This document shows, piece after piece, positions 9,330 to 19,324 of a DNA stretch of 64,000 nt; positions within the stretch are counted from its first letter, which is position 1; each line of letters begins with the position of its first letter. The translations under genes were made by a program, and so were the position numbers. The notes below the pieces were generated by a model. The model worked only from the letters and a program-made list of their open reading frames with translations. It was not told the origin of the DNA and ran no database searches. The stretch is from contig OZ241863.1 in NCBI GenBank assembly GCA_965203055.1, positions 256,001 through 320,000 on the forward strand, in the 5' to 3' direction. The stretch is from Spirochaetia bacterium (GTDB lineage: Bacteria > Spirochaetota > Spirochaetia > SZUA-6 > Bin103).

Positions 9330-10726
9330 GCCTTCACCTTCCCGCCGGAGCCGTCATGCTGGCTCAGCAATTCCTTGACGCTGATGCCGAACCCATCCTC
9401 GAACCGCTGCAGGAAGTCGACGAACGCCTCCGGGCCGCGGTTCAACAATCCGTTCATGCCGCGCTCGTCGTCCATGATCACCACGTTGTCCATCTTCACC
9501 TCGCGCGCGTAGCGCTCGTAGGCGCTGAACAGGTTGGGCAGCTGCTGCTGCACGAACAGCGCTACCTTGCCGACGTCGCCGGCGGTGGCGACCATCTTCG
9601 CCTTCTGGTCCAGGAGGTCGTTGTGCGTCGACTCTACCGTCTGCACCGCCTGGTTCTCGCCGTCCGCCAGGGTCTCCGCGGCGCGCCGCCTGGTGTCCGC
9701 CTCCAGGGTTATGTCGGAGACGTTCTTCAGCTTGCGCAGCTCGACGGCGATCTCCTGCACGGCGCGTTCGCCCTCGCTCTCGGCGCGGGCGATGCCGCTG
9801 TCCGCCTCCAGCCGGGTCTGTTCCACCTCGGCGGCGCAGTTGCGGCGCAGCACCTCCAGCTCCTGTTGCGCGGCGATGATCTTTTCGTCGGCGCTGTTCT
9901 CGGCCACCTGCTGGCGCCGATTGGCGTCCGACTCCGCCCGTTCCGCCTGCGCCTTCAGGCGCGCCTCCTCGATTTCCACCTCCTGCCGCTTCCGCGACAG
10001 GGTCTTGTTGGCCAGGTTGGCGATGTAGTTGGAGGTGTCCCAGATCTTCTGCAGCGACACCGACACCACCCGCATCCCGAAGGTGCTCAGGTCCTGATTG
10101 CTGTCGCGCAGCAGTTCGGCGCGGAACTGGGCGCGCTCCCCTTCCGCATCGTCGTCCGCGGCGGCGTCCGGCCGGACCTGGTCCGGCTGGACTTGCTCCG
10201 GCTGGACCAGGCGCACCAGGCTGCCGCCCTCGCCGGCGCGGTCGCGCTCCTCGACGCTCTCCACCATGCCGATGGCTTGCAGCGGGGTGGTCTTGTTCAG
10301 GGCGCCGCGGAAGTTGCCGACCATGGTCTGCTGGATCTGATCCTGGATCTCGGCGCGCGACTTGCCCATGAGGCGTTCCACGGCGGCGTACAGCAGGGTG
10401 TCGTCCTCGTGGTCGACGCAGACGCAGGCGGTGGCGTCGGCGCCGACCGTGATCCCGTTGGCGGAATTGACCCCCTCGACGCGCACGTCGATGGGAATCG
10501 TGCCCAGCCCCAGGCCCTGCACGCTCTGGAAGAAGGGGACGACGAAGGTCCAGCCGCCGCGCTGCAGGCGGAAGCCGTAGCTCTTGCCGCGAATCCGCGT
10601 CTTGGCGCCGGTCACCACCAGCACCTGGTCCGGCGGGCACACCCGGATCACCGAGCGCAGCAGCCCGATGAGCAGGAAGAAGACGACCGCCGCGCCTGCT
10701 CCGCCGGCGATAAATCCCTCTAACAT
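9326..10726 (-). CDS. flotillin / SPFH domain protein
   Basis: TM helix, VCPPDQVLVVTG...GGWTFVVPFFQ, coiled-coil tail; AGGAGG RBS. Confidence 0.85.
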   Translation of the reverse strand: MLEGFIAGGAGAAVVFFLLIGLLRSVIRVCPPDQVLVVTGAKTRIRGKSYGFRLQRGGWTFVVPFFQSVQGLGLGTIPIDVRVEGVNSANGITVGADATACVCVDHEDDTLLYAAVERLMGKSRAEIQDQIQQTMVGNFRGALNKTTPLQAIGMVESVEERDRAGEGGSLVRLVQPEQVQPDQVRPDAAADDDAEGERAQFRAELLRDSNQDLSTFGMRVVSVSLQKIWDTSNYIANLANKTLSRKRQEVEIEEARLKAQAERAESDANRRQQVAENSADEKIIAAQQELEVLRRNCAAEVEQTRLEADSGIARAESEGERAVQEIAVELRKLKNVSDITLEADTRRRAAETLADGENQAVQTVESTHNDLLDQKAKMVATAGDVGKVALFVQQQLPNLFSAYERYAREVKMDNVVIMDDERGMNGLLNRGPEAFVDFLQRFEDGFGISVKELLSQHDGSGGKVKA

Positions 10727-11268
10727 GGTTCCTCCTTGCGTACGAAGACGCACTGGTCCGTTACTTGCGAAATGATGACGCGGTCATCCACCGCGAACCG
10801 TTGCTCTGCCTGCTCGGCGCGGGCGTAGCGCTCGGCGACGCTCTGGCCGAAGTGTACCCGCACCTTTCCCATGCCGCCGGCCGCAATCGGCACGATGACG
10901 GTGGCCGGTTCCAGCAACAGCTCCTCGTCCTGCAGCGTGGAGTCGAGCCGGGTGCGCTGGAAGCGAAAGAACAGCCGCGCCAGGGCCGCCGTCGCCGCGC
11001 CGCCGGCCAGCGCCCAGATCAGCCGGCCGGGGGCGCCGGAGCCGAACGCGCCCGCGGTCAGCCCGAAGGGACCGAACCCGAGGCAGAAGTAGACCGCGGT
11101 GCGGGCGCCGCGCAGGAACGACAGCACCGGCGCCCCCGAGGCGTCATCGTGGTGGCCGGCCTCGCCCTCCCCGGTTTCGTCAGCGCCGCCGCCGATCAGA
11201 CCAAGGAGGTCGATCACCGTCACGCCGCCGCCAAATATGGTTGCGAACCACAACAATCCCGTCAGCAC
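10720..11268 (-). CDS. NfeD/YqiJ-like membrane protein
   Basis: Three TM segments then an OB-fold-like tail (ATVIVPIAAGGMGKVRV); canonical position upstream of flotillins. Confidence 0.75.
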   Translation of the reverse strand: MLTGLLWFATIFGGGVTVIDLLGLIGGGADETGEGEAGHHDDASGAPVLSFLRGARTAVYFCLGFGPFGLTAGAFGSGAPGRLIWALAGGAATAALARLFFRFQRTRLDSTLQDEELLLEPATVIVPIAAGGMGKVRVHFGQSVAERYARAEQAEQRFAVDDRVIISQVTDQCVFVRKEEPC

Positions 11269-11506
11269 GCTGCTCCGCCTTCCCCTCCATAGTACGGTGC
11301 CGGACGCCGTGTGAACAGGTTGCGCCCGGCGCCAACTCGACTGCCGCTGCCGGCGCGGCTCGGCGCGAAAAAAAGCTGCAAAAAATGCTTGACTGGCACC
11401 GCTTCCATGATTAATTCGGTGGTACAAGTTCTCGCATCTTCATTTGCTTCACGTCGTTGGGTTTCTGCCGCCCCCGGGGCCCGTCGGGGGATTGAGGTGA
11501 TTGATC

Positions 11507-12640
11507 ATGGAGCACTCCATCAGGAGCCTGGTCGAACAGGGCGCCGCCGTGACGGCGGTCTGGCACGGCGGGGAGAAGACCAGCCTTCCCTACCTGTGGC
11601 TGCGCGACAACTGCGCCTGCAGCGCCTGCCGGGTCCTTCAGACCGCCGAGAAGCGGTTTCACATCTTCCGTGTTTCCAAAGATCTGCGGCCGCGGCAGGT
11701 GACGGTCGAACAGCCCGGAGGCCAGGCCGAGACGCTCGCCATCGTGTGGCCGGACGGGCACCGCACCCGCTATCGGAGCGGCGCCATCTACGATCTCACC
11801 CACCGCGCCGGCTGCCGCCTGCAATACTGGGACTGCAGCTTCCGGCCGCGCGCGTTCGACTACCGGCAGTTCCTGGCCGAAGACGCCACCGCCGCGGACC
11901 TGATCGAGGAGTTCCTGCGGACCGGCGCCTGCGTGCTCACCGGCGCGCCGACGGACCCTGATTCCGCGGAGCGGCTGGCGCCGCGCCTGGGCCCGGTGCG
12001 CGAGGTGGTATTCGAGCGCATCCACAACGTGGTGGTGGACCCGAACGGCTACAGCATCGCCCATACCGATCTCCCGATTGCGCCGCATAACGACTTTACC
12101 AGCTACAACTGGCCGCCAAGCGTGCAGGTACTGCACATGCTGGCGAACGAGTGCGACGGCGGCGAATCCTCGATCGTGGACGGCTTCGGCGTGCTCGCCG
12201 GGTTGCGCCGCGAACAGCCCGCGCTGTTCGACGTGCTGCGCGCGGTGGCGGTGCCGTTTCGGCTGGCGAGCGCGGCCGCGGAAAGCTACGCGGTCAACCC
12301 GATGGTGGAACTGGACAGCGCCGGCGGCGTGAGGATGATTCGCTTCAACACGCAGCAGATGCAGCCGGTGCCGCTGGAGGAGCCGCGGCTGGGCGCCTTC
12401 TACGCCGCCTACCACGAGCTGTCCACGCGCGTGAACGCGGCCGCCGCCCAGGCCTCCTTCCGGCTGCATGGCGGGCAGATGCTGCTGCTCGCGGGCCATC
12501 GCGTGCTGCACGGCCGCGCCGCGCTGCGCTCGGCCGGCAGGCGCCATCTGCAGGACGCCTACTTCGAGCATGACAACGTGCGCAATCACCTGACCCTGCT
12601 GCACCGCTGCGGGCGCATCCGGCGCCGCCCGCGCGGCTGA
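11507..12640 (+). CDS. TauD/TfdA family dioxygenase, gamma-butyrobetaine/trimethyllysine hydroxylase-like
   Basis: YLWLRDNCACSAC N-terminal domain, HND (HxD) motif, RVLHGR. Confidence 0.85.
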   Translation: MEHSIRSLVEQGAAVTAVWHGGEKTSLPYLWLRDNCACSACRVLQTAEKRFHIFRVSKDLRPRQVTVEQPGGQAETLAIVWPDGHRTRYRSGAIYDLTHRAGCRLQYWDCSFRPRAFDYRQFLAEDATAADLIEEFLRTGACVLTGAPTDPDSAERLAPRLGPVREVVFERIHNVVVDPNGYSIAHTDLPIAPHNDFTSYNWPPSVQVLHMLANECDGGESSIVDGFGVLAGLRREQPALFDVLRAVAVPFRLASAAAESYAVNPMVELDSAGGVRMIRFNTQQMQPVPLEEPRLGAFYAAYHELSTRVNAAAAQASFRLHGGQMLLLAGHRVLHGRAALRSAGRRHLQDAYFEHDNVRNHLTLLHRCGRIRRRPRG

Positions 12641-12760
12641 CTCCCGGCGCGCCCGCCGCGGCGCGCCCATCGACACGCCGCGCGCGCCCGGTCTACCCTG
12701 CGGCGGCAGCGGGGCGCGGCCGGCGCCTCCATACGACTTCCCCAAAGGTGGACTTATCAG

Positions 12761-13558
12761 ATGCGGATCGAACGATACACTCAGGGCGTGCCTTGCTGGG
12801 TCGACCTGGCGACGACCGATCAGGACGCGGCCAAGACGTTCTACGGCGGCCTGTTCGGCTGGAGCTACGAGGACGTGCCGATGGACCAGGAGGGGCAGCA
12901 GCACTACAGCATGGCGCTCCTCGCTGGCCGCTACGCCGCGGCGGTCTTCACCCAGCAGCAGGAGCAGCGGCAAATGGGCATTCCCCCGTGCTGGAACGTG
13001 CACCTGACCGTGGAGGATGTCGACGCCACCGCAGGGCGCGCCGGCGAGCTCGGGGGGAAGGTCGTCATGGCGCCGCTCGACGTGTTCGATGCGGGGCGCA
13101 TGGCCATCATCAGCGACTCCACCGGCGGCGTGGTCACGCTCTGGCAGCCGCGCCGGCACTGCGGCGCGGGCGTGAAGTACGAGCCGGGCGCCATCGCGTG
13201 GTGTGAACTGATGACCACCGATCCCGACGCCGCGGCCAGTTTCTACACCGGGCTGCTCGGGCTGGACACCGACCGCCAGACCATGGAGCACGGCGTGGAG
13301 TACACCGTACTGATGGCCGCCGGCGAGCCGGCCGCCGGCATCATGGCGCTGCCGGACGAACTGCGCGCCATGCAGATCCCGCCGCATTGGAACGTCTATT
13401 TCCAGGTCGCCGACGTGGATGCAACGGTAGCCGCGGTCACCGCCGCGGGCGGCGCGGTCAACATGCCGCCCACCGACATCGCCACCGTCGGGCGCGTTGC
13501 CTTCGTGCGCGACCCGCAGGGCGCCGGCGCCGGGCTGATGACTCCCGAGACCACCTGA
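12761..13558 (+). CDS. VOC/glyoxalase family protein (two domains)
   Basis: PCWVDLATTDQDAAKTFYGGLFGW and WCELMTTDPDAAASFY repeats. Confidence 0.9.
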   Translation: MRIERYTQGVPCWVDLATTDQDAAKTFYGGLFGWSYEDVPMDQEGQQHYSMALLAGRYAAAVFTQQQEQRQMGIPPCWNVHLTVEDVDATAGRAGELGGKVVMAPLDVFDAGRMAIISDSTGGVVTLWQPRRHCGAGVKYEPGAIAWCELMTTDPDAAASFYTGLLGLDTDRQTMEHGVEYTVLMAAGEPAAGIMALPDELRAMQIPPHWNVYFQVADVDATVAAVTAAGGAVNMPPTDIATVGRVAFVRDPQGAGAGLMTPETT

Positions 13559-13561
13559 CCC

Positions 13562-14149
13562 ATGAGCCAAACGTCCACCCCGCGCGCCGCCGCGGCGCAG
13601 GTCGACCCCCTGTTCATCGACCGCTGGTCGCCGCGCTCGTTTGCCGCCGAGCCGCTGAGCGATTCCGAGATCGCCTCGATGTTCGAGGGCGCGCGCTGGA
13701 CGCCCTCCTCGTTCAACGGCCAGCCGTGGCTGTTTCTCTACGAGACCGACGGCCCCGCGCGCCCGCTGTTCGACTCGGTGCTGATGCCCGGCAACCGCCT
13801 GTGGGCGTCCAAGGCGCCGCTGGTCGGCTTCATCTACGCCAACACCAGGCTCCCCGACGGCCGTGAGCCGCCCACCGCCCAGTTCGATACCGGCGCGGCG
13901 TGGATGGCGCTTGCGCTGCAGGCGCGGCTGCTGGGCATCTATACGCATGCGATGGCCGGGATCGACCGCGGCGCGGCGCACGCCAAGCTGGGCGTCGACG
14001 CCGAGCGCTACACGGTGATGTGCGGCTTCGCCGCCGGCAGGATCGGTCCGCGCGCGGCGCTGCCCGCCGAATTGCAGCAGCGCGAGCAGCCGAGCGACCG
14101 CAAGCCACTTGCCGAAATCGCCCACAAAGGCGCGTTCGGAGCAAGCTGA
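13562..14149 (+). CDS. nitroreductase family protein
   Basis: RWSPRSF...ARWTPSSFNGQPW...FDTGAAW. Confidence 0.9.
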   Translation: MSQTSTPRAAAAQVDPLFIDRWSPRSFAAEPLSDSEIASMFEGARWTPSSFNGQPWLFLYETDGPARPLFDSVLMPGNRLWASKAPLVGFIYANTRLPDGREPPTAQFDTGAAWMALALQARLLGIYTHAMAGIDRGAAHAKLGVDAERYTVMCGFAAGRIGPRAALPAELQQREQPSDRKPLAEIAHKGAFGAS

Positions 14150-14170
14150 GCGGGCCGCCGGGCGCGACAA

Positions 14171-16405
14171 GTGAACACCGCACGGCCCGAACGCCCCAAC
14201 GTCGTATTCATCCTCACCGACGATCAGGGGCCGTGGGCCGCCGGCTGCTACGGCAACCGCGAGCTGCGCACTCCCAACATCGACCGCCTGGCGGCGACCG
14301 GGATGCGCTTCGACAACTTCTTCTGCGCCTCTCCGGTGTGCTCGCCGAGTCGGGCGTCGTTCCTCACCGGGCTGATGCCCTCCGCCCACGGCGTGCACGA
14401 CTGGATCCGCGGCGGCAATTACGGCGCCGGCGCGGCCACTTATCTCCGGGGGCAGACCGGCTACAGCGACCTGTTGGCGCAGGCGGGATGGAGCTGCGGC
14501 ATGAGCGGCAAGTGGCACCTCGGCAACAGCGTCCTGCCGCAGCACGGCTTCAGCCACTGGTTCGTGCACGAGAAGGGCGGCGGCCCCTATCGCGGCGCTC
14601 CCATGATCCGCAACGGCGAGCGGTTCAACGCCCCCGGCTACGTGACCAACGTGATCACCGACGATGCCCTCGGCTTCATCGACCGGCACGCCGCCGGCCC
14701 CGCCCCGTTCTACCTGAGCGTGCACTACACGGCGCCGCACAGCCCGTGGACCGGCCATCCGCAGGAAATCGTGGACAGCTACGACGACTGCCCGTTCGCC
14801 TCCTGCCCGCAGGAGGAGACCCATCCCTGGGCGGGGTCGCTGACGCGGAGCTGCCTGGGCAACCGCGAGATGCTCAAGGGCTACTTCGCCGCGGTCACCG
14901 CCATGGACCGCGACGTGGGCCGCATCCTGGAGCGGCTGGAGCGGCATGGCATTCGCCGGCGCACGCTGGTGGTGTTCACCAGCGACAACGGGTTCAGTTG
15001 CGGGCACCATGGCTTCTGGGGCAAGGGCAACGGGACCTTCCCGCTCAACATGTACGACAACTCGATCAAGGTGCCGTTTCTGGTCAGCCAACCGGGGCGG
15101 GTCCCGGCGGGGCGCGTGGTGGGCGGGCTCTACAGCGCCATCGACTTCCTGCCGACGCTGCTGGCGTACGCCGGCGTCGACCTGCCGGCGGCGCTGCGGC
15201 GGCGCCGCGCCGGGCGCTCCTTTGCCGGACTGCTGGAGGGCGGCGCGGCGCCGGCCCGCGACCGGGTGGTGATCTACGACGAATATGGCGCCACCCGCAT
15301 GCTCCGCACCGCCGAGTGGAAGTACGTGCGGCGCTATCCGGTTGCGGGCGGCCGCGGCGGGCCGCGCGAGGGCGGGCCGCACGAGCTGTACGACTTGGTG
15401 AACGACCCGCACGAGCGCGTCAACCGGGCGCGCGACCGGAACCAGCAGCGCCGCATCCGCGAACTGGGCGGCCTGCTGGAGAGCTGGTTCGCGGAGCAGG
15501 CGGCGGCGCAACGCGACGGGCGCCACCTGCCGGTCGCCGGGGGCGGGCAACTGCGCCCGGTGGGCGGCGCCTGGGAAGACGGCTCCCCCGCCTTCACGGA
15601 GCACTTAAGGCGCGCCTCGGCTGCTACAGCGGGGGCTCCCACGCCGGCGTCACTCGATGGCGTACAGGTTGCCGTCGTGGGAGCCGAGGTAGATCGCGCC
15701 GCCGGCTACCGCGGGCGAGGCGGTGATCTTGCCGCCGGTGGCGAACTCCCAGCGGCGGGCGCCGGTGGCGGCGTCCAGGGCGTACAGCGCGCCATCCTCC
15801 GAGGCGACGAACAGGGTGCCGCTCAGCAGCGCCGGCGAGGAACTGATCCGCCCGCCGGCGGTGAACTCCCAGCGCGCCGCGCGTTCCTCCAGGTCGAGGG
15901 CCACCAGGCGGTCGTCCGCGGCCGCGTAGACGGCGCCGTCGGCCACCACCGGGGAGGCGCCGGCGTCGCCGCCCAGCGGGCGCCGCCAGCGGAAGCCGGA
16001 CGGCGGCCGGGGGGTGGGCACCGGCAAGCCGAAGGCCCAGAGTTGCAGCCAGTAGGGCCTGAGGCGGTGTTCGATCGGCCAGTTCCGGGCCGCCGCGTCG
16101 ATCGCGTACAGATCGCCGCGCGCCGTGGCGGCGTACACCGTTCCGCCGTGTACCGCCGGCGACGAGAGGACCGGCGCGAAGGTCTTGAAACTCAACCGCC
16201 GCCGGCCGTCGCGCGCGTGCAGCGCGTACAGATACGGAGTCGAGGAACCGACGTAGAGGATGCCGCCGGCGATCACCGGCGACGAATCGACGCGGCCATT
16301 GGCGGCGAACTCCCAGCGCTGCGCGCCGCTCACGGCGTCGACCGCGTACACCGTGTGGCCGCCGGTGCCGAAGTATACCACTCCGTCGGCGACCGCCGGC
16401 GATGA
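14171..16405 (+). CDS. sulfatase; the sulfatase-like sequence ends near 15600, but the frame has no stop until 16405
   Basis: PNVVFILTDDQ, CSPSR formylglycine motif, GKWHLG, FTSDNG, ELYDL. Confidence 0.85.
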   Translation: MNTARPERPNVVFILTDDQGPWAAGCYGNRELRTPNIDRLAATGMRFDNFFCASPVCSPSRASFLTGLMPSAHGVHDWIRGGNYGAGAATYLRGQTGYSDLLAQAGWSCGMSGKWHLGNSVLPQHGFSHWFVHEKGGGPYRGAPMIRNGERFNAPGYVTNVITDDALGFIDRHAAGPAPFYLSVHYTAPHSPWTGHPQEIVDSYDDCPFASCPQEETHPWAGSLTRSCLGNREMLKGYFAAVTAMDRDVGRILERLERHGIRRRTLVVFTSDNGFSCGHHGFWGKGNGTFPLNMYDNSIKVPFLVSQPGRVPAGRVVGGLYSAIDFLPTLLAYAGVDLPAALRRRRAGRSFAGLLEGGAAPARDRVVIYDEYGATRMLRTAEWKYVRRYPVAGGRGGPREGGPHELYDLVNDPHERVNRARDRNQQRRIRELGGLLESWFAEQAAAQRDGRHLPVAGGGQLRPVGGAWEDGSPAFTEHLRRASAATAGAPTPASLDGVQVAVVGAEVDRAAGYRGRGGDLAAGGELPAAGAGGGVQGVQRAILRGDEQGAAQQRRRGTDPPAGGELPARRAFLQVEGHQAVVRGRVDGAVGHHRGGAGVAAQRAPPAEAGRRPGGGHRQAEGPELQPVGPEAVFDRPVPGRRVDRVQIAARRGGVHRSAVYRRRREDRREGLETQPPPAVARVQRVQIRSRGTDVEDAAGDHRRRIDAAIGGELPALRAAHGVDRVHRVAAGAEVYHSVGDRRR

Positions 16406-17080
16406 CCTGATGTCGTAGCGGGTCTCGAACCGCCACCGGGCGGCGCCGGTCAACGCATTGAGCGCGTACAGGGTGCCGTCGTTGGAGCCGACGTAGACCA
16501 CCCCGTCCACCACCGCCGGCGACGAGTCGATCCAACTGTCGGCCCGGAACTCCCAGCGGCTGGCGCCGGTCGCGGCGTCCACGGCGTAGAGCCGGGAATC
16601 CCGTGAGCCCACGTAGACGACGCCGCCGGCCACCGCCGGCGACGAATGGATCGGCGCACCGGTAGCGAACACCCACTTGCGCTCGCCGCGCGGCACCGGG
16701 CCGGGCGGGGCGGGGCTGCCGGTACGGCCCGGGTCGTGCCGGAACATCGCCCACTGCCCCGGCGGCGAGCTGGAATTGACGCCGCCCGGCGGCGCGAATA
16801 CGAGGTCGGTGCAGGAGTAGACGGCGGCGCAGCACGCGGCAAGCAGCGCCAGCCCCCCGGCCAGCCGGCGGCGGGCGCGCCGCGTCAACCGGCGCGCCCG
16901 GGACCGCGGCACGGGCGCGCCGGCTGCGGGAGGCGCGGCGGGTACGCCGCGCCTCCGCGCCGCAGCCCCCCGGAGCGCATGCCAAGTGCGTCTCGTCACG
17001 TTGCGGCGCCACCATATCACGCGCGGGCAGCGGCGCGGATGCACGCTCCCCGCCCACCACACCCCGGCGCGAAGCACCAC
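15650..17080 (-). CDS. PQQ-binding-like beta-propeller repeat protein (start uncertain)
   Basis: Repeated SSPAV-x-GGxVYVGSxDxxLYA(L/V)DAxTGxxRWEF blades. Confidence 0.9.
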   Translation of the reverse strand: MVLRAGVWWAGSVHPRRCPRVIWWRRNVTRRTWHALRGAAARRRGVPAAPPAAGAPVPRSRARRLTRRARRRLAGGLALLAACCAAVYSCTDLVFAPPGGVNSSSPPGQWAMFRHDPGRTGSPAPPGPVPRGERKWVFATGAPIHSSPAVAGGVVYVGSRDSRLYAVDAATGASRWEFRADSWIDSSPAVVDGVVYVGSNDGTLYALNALTGAARWRFETRYDIRSSPAVADGVVYFGTGGHTVYAVDAVSGAQRWEFAANGRVDSSPVIAGGILYVGSSTPYLYALHARDGRRRLSFKTFAPVLSSPAVHGGTVYAATARGDLYAIDAAARNWPIEHRLRPYWLQLWAFGLPVPTPRPPSGFRWRRPLGGDAGASPVVADGAVYAAADDRLVALDLEERAARWEFTAGGRISSSPALLSGTLFVASEDGALYALDAATGARRWEFATGGKITASPAVAGGAIYLGSHDGNLYAIE

Positions 17081-17148
17081 GCGCGTTTCAGAGTGCTCCG
17101 GCGGTTGCCTTCGCCGGTAGATCCGGCTTACCTAATGGCCGAATACCA

Positions 17149-17703
17149 GTGAAACTACGCTTGATCCTGATCCTGGCCGGCGTCGCCGCCGCGCTGGGGG
17201 TCACCTTCTACTACACCAGCCGGCCGCAACCGCAGCCGCGGCCGGAGCCGCGCGCCTTCGTCTGGAGCGTGGATATGACCGAGCTGGCGCGGATGGCAAT
17301 CGCGCTGCCGCGGCGCGGTCTCGAGGAAACGTGGGAAAAGCACGAAGACCGCCAGTGGTACTTCGCCGGACCGGACGGCCCCGGCGTGGATCGAAAGCGG
17401 TGGGGCGGCGGCGTACCGCTGTTGCTGAGCGGTCCGGGGGCGAACCGCCGCATTGCCGAAGACGCCACCGCGGAGCAGATCGAGCGCTTCGGCCTGCACG
17501 CTCCGCAGATGGTGATCGGACTCACCCTGGACGACGGGGAAACCCTCGATATCGTCATCGGAGACGCTACCCCCGATCGCCTCGGCTACTACATACAACG
17601 CCGCGGAGCCAGCGACGTCTACACTGTCGATTACACGTGGTACGACGTCCTGGAGCGTCTCGTCACCGACCCCCCCTACGCGCCGCCCGCCGGCGCGGAG
17701 TAG
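17149..17703 (+). CDS. DUF4340-like membrane-anchored protein
   Basis: N-terminal TM helix; FGLHAP...IVIGDATPD..YYIQR..VYTV pattern. Confidence 0.6.
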   Translation: MKLRLILILAGVAAALGVTFYYTSRPQPQPRPEPRAFVWSVDMTELARMAIALPRRGLEETWEKHEDRQWYFAGPDGPGVDRKRWGGGVPLLLSGPGANRRIAEDATAEQIERFGLHAPQMVIGLTLDDGETLDIVIGDATPDRLGYYIQRRGASDVYTVDYTWYDVLERLVTDPPYAPPAGAE

Positions 17704-17722
17704 CCCAGCCGGCCCAGCCGTC

Positions 17723-19245
17723 GGGCGCACTTCCAATTTGTAGGTAGGCCCAAATAGAGAAGCCCTCCCAGCGACAGGTGATGTAACATCAGGCCGTCAC
17801 TGGGAGGGCAACATATGTGTGATTCATTGGTAACCGAGATTCTCAACTACTGCAAGGCCACCTGTGGTCTCGAACTGGGCCGCGCTAGCGGTCCCCACGA
17901 CCTGTTGCGGGCAGAAATGAGTCTCCTCAAGTGCTTGGTGCGCCTGTGCCGCGCTGCCATGGGGGAGTGGTTCAAGGAACTGGGCCGCGATTACCGCGGC
18001 GCCACGGTGCAGCGCAACGGGGTGTCGTATCGGTTTGTCGGCCACCGCTCCAAGACCCTGCACGGACTGTTCGGGACGGTACCCTACGAACGCGCCTACT
18101 ACGCCAGCGGTAGCGGCCAGGGCTGGGCGCCGTTGGATGAGCGGCTCGGCATCAAGCGCGGCCATACGCCGGGCTGCCAGTACTTTCTGAGTCAGTTCGT
18201 AGCGCGCCAGGCGCACGCAGAGAGTCTGCGGCAGTTTCACGAGGTGTTCCGCGCCGACGGCGGGGAGCTGGTGTCGGAGAAGAAGGCGTTCACGATGGTG
18301 CAGGAGGTAACGGAGGGGTTGGAACGGCAGCGCCAGCAGGAGGTGGACAACTACCAGCAGACTGCGGCGGGGCCGGAGCTGCACGAGTCGATAGGCGGGA
18401 CGGTGGCGGTGTGCATCGACGCGGGGAAGATGCCGGTGCGCGGCAAGGAGCGGGTAGATGATGCCGGGAAGAAGCGCTACGAGCGGGAGTACCGGGACGC
18501 CAAGGTGGCGGTGGTGGCGGCGGTGGAGTGGGACGCTGAGGAGCAGGAGGCGCAGTGCAGCAGCAAGCCGAGCTACGTGGCGGCGAGCGAGCATGCGGAC
18601 CGGTTCTTTCCGCGCATCGAAGTGGAGCTGAAACGGCGCTGCGGAGAGGGGGCGGCGCGGCAACTGGTAGTGCTGGCCGACGGGGCGGGATGGATTTGGG
18701 AGCGGGCGAAGACCTGGGCGGCAGGGGGGCTGCGGGTGTGGTACATCCTGGATTTCTGGCACGCCTGCGAGCATCTCGCGGAGGTGAGTCGGAGCGTCTA
18801 CGGGGAGGGGAGCAAGCAGGCAGAGGAATGCTTTCGGAGGTGGCGGACGATGCTGCGCGGCAGTCGGGTGGGCGAAGTGATAGAGGAGCTGGAGCAGTTG
18901 CGCGACGGCGTGGGGTTGAGTGCCCGGCAGCGGCACGAGGTGCAGGGGGAGATCAACTACTTGAGGAGCAACCAGGGAAGGATGGACTACCGGCGGTACC
19001 GGCGGGAGGGGCTGCCGATCGGCAGTGGGACGGTAGAGAGTACGTGCAAGAACATGGTGGGGGCGCGGCTGAAGGGGAGCGGGATGATCTGGTCGTTGGG
19101 CGGGGCGCAGGGGATGCTGCAGCTCTGCACCTCGGTGAAGAGCGGGCGGTTCAAAAGGGACTACGCGAGTCTGCTGTCCGCCTCGGTGCCGCAGGAGGCC
19201 CAGCCACAGGCCGCCTGACGCTACCTACGTTTTGGAAGTGCGCCC
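17723..19245 (+). mobile_element. ISKra4-family-like insertion sequence, copy 1 (1523 bp)
   Basis: IRs GGGCGCACTTCCAA... / ...TTGGAAGTGCGCCC; 9-bp TSD CCAGCCGTC at 17714-17722 and 19246-19254. Confidence 0.9.
17815..19218 (+). CDS. ISKra4/UPF0236-type DDE transposase
   Basis: VLADGAGWIW, ILDFWHACEHL, GLPIGSGTVESTCK...RLKGSGMIWS. Confidence 0.9.
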   Translation: MCDSLVTEILNYCKATCGLELGRASGPHDLLRAEMSLLKCLVRLCRAAMGEWFKELGRDYRGATVQRNGVSYRFVGHRSKTLHGLFGTVPYERAYYASGSGQGWAPLDERLGIKRGHTPGCQYFLSQFVARQAHAESLRQFHEVFRADGGELVSEKKAFTMVQEVTEGLERQRQQEVDNYQQTAAGPELHESIGGTVAVCIDAGKMPVRGKERVDDAGKKRYEREYRDAKVAVVAAVEWDAEEQEAQCSSKPSYVAASEHADRFFPRIEVELKRRCGEGAARQLVVLADGAGWIWERAKTWAAGGLRVWYILDFWHACEHLAEVSRSVYGEGSKQAEECFRRWRTMLRGSRVGEVIEELEQLRDGVGLSARQRHEVQGEINYLRSNQGRMDYRRYRREGLPIGSGTVESTCKNMVGARLKGSGMIWSLGGAQGMLQLCTSVKSGRFKRDYASLLSASVPQEAQPQAA

Positions 19246-19324
19246 CCAGCCGTCGGCGCGGTTGACCTTGCGCCCGTTATCTGATCTTATTTCGGTCGTC
19301 ACAGGGTGACGGAGAGGTACAGCG

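Noticed and set aside
11360..11460. AT-richer intergenic patch with TTGACT upstream of the dioxygenase
   Set aside because: Probably divergent promoters, but no convincing -10, operator or riboswitch could be assigned.
11411..15604. 1397-aa minus-strand ORF and many other long overlapping ORFs in the track
   Set aside because: Antisense or alternate-frame shadows of real genes in high-GC DNA; Arg/Ala/Gly-rich with no motifs.
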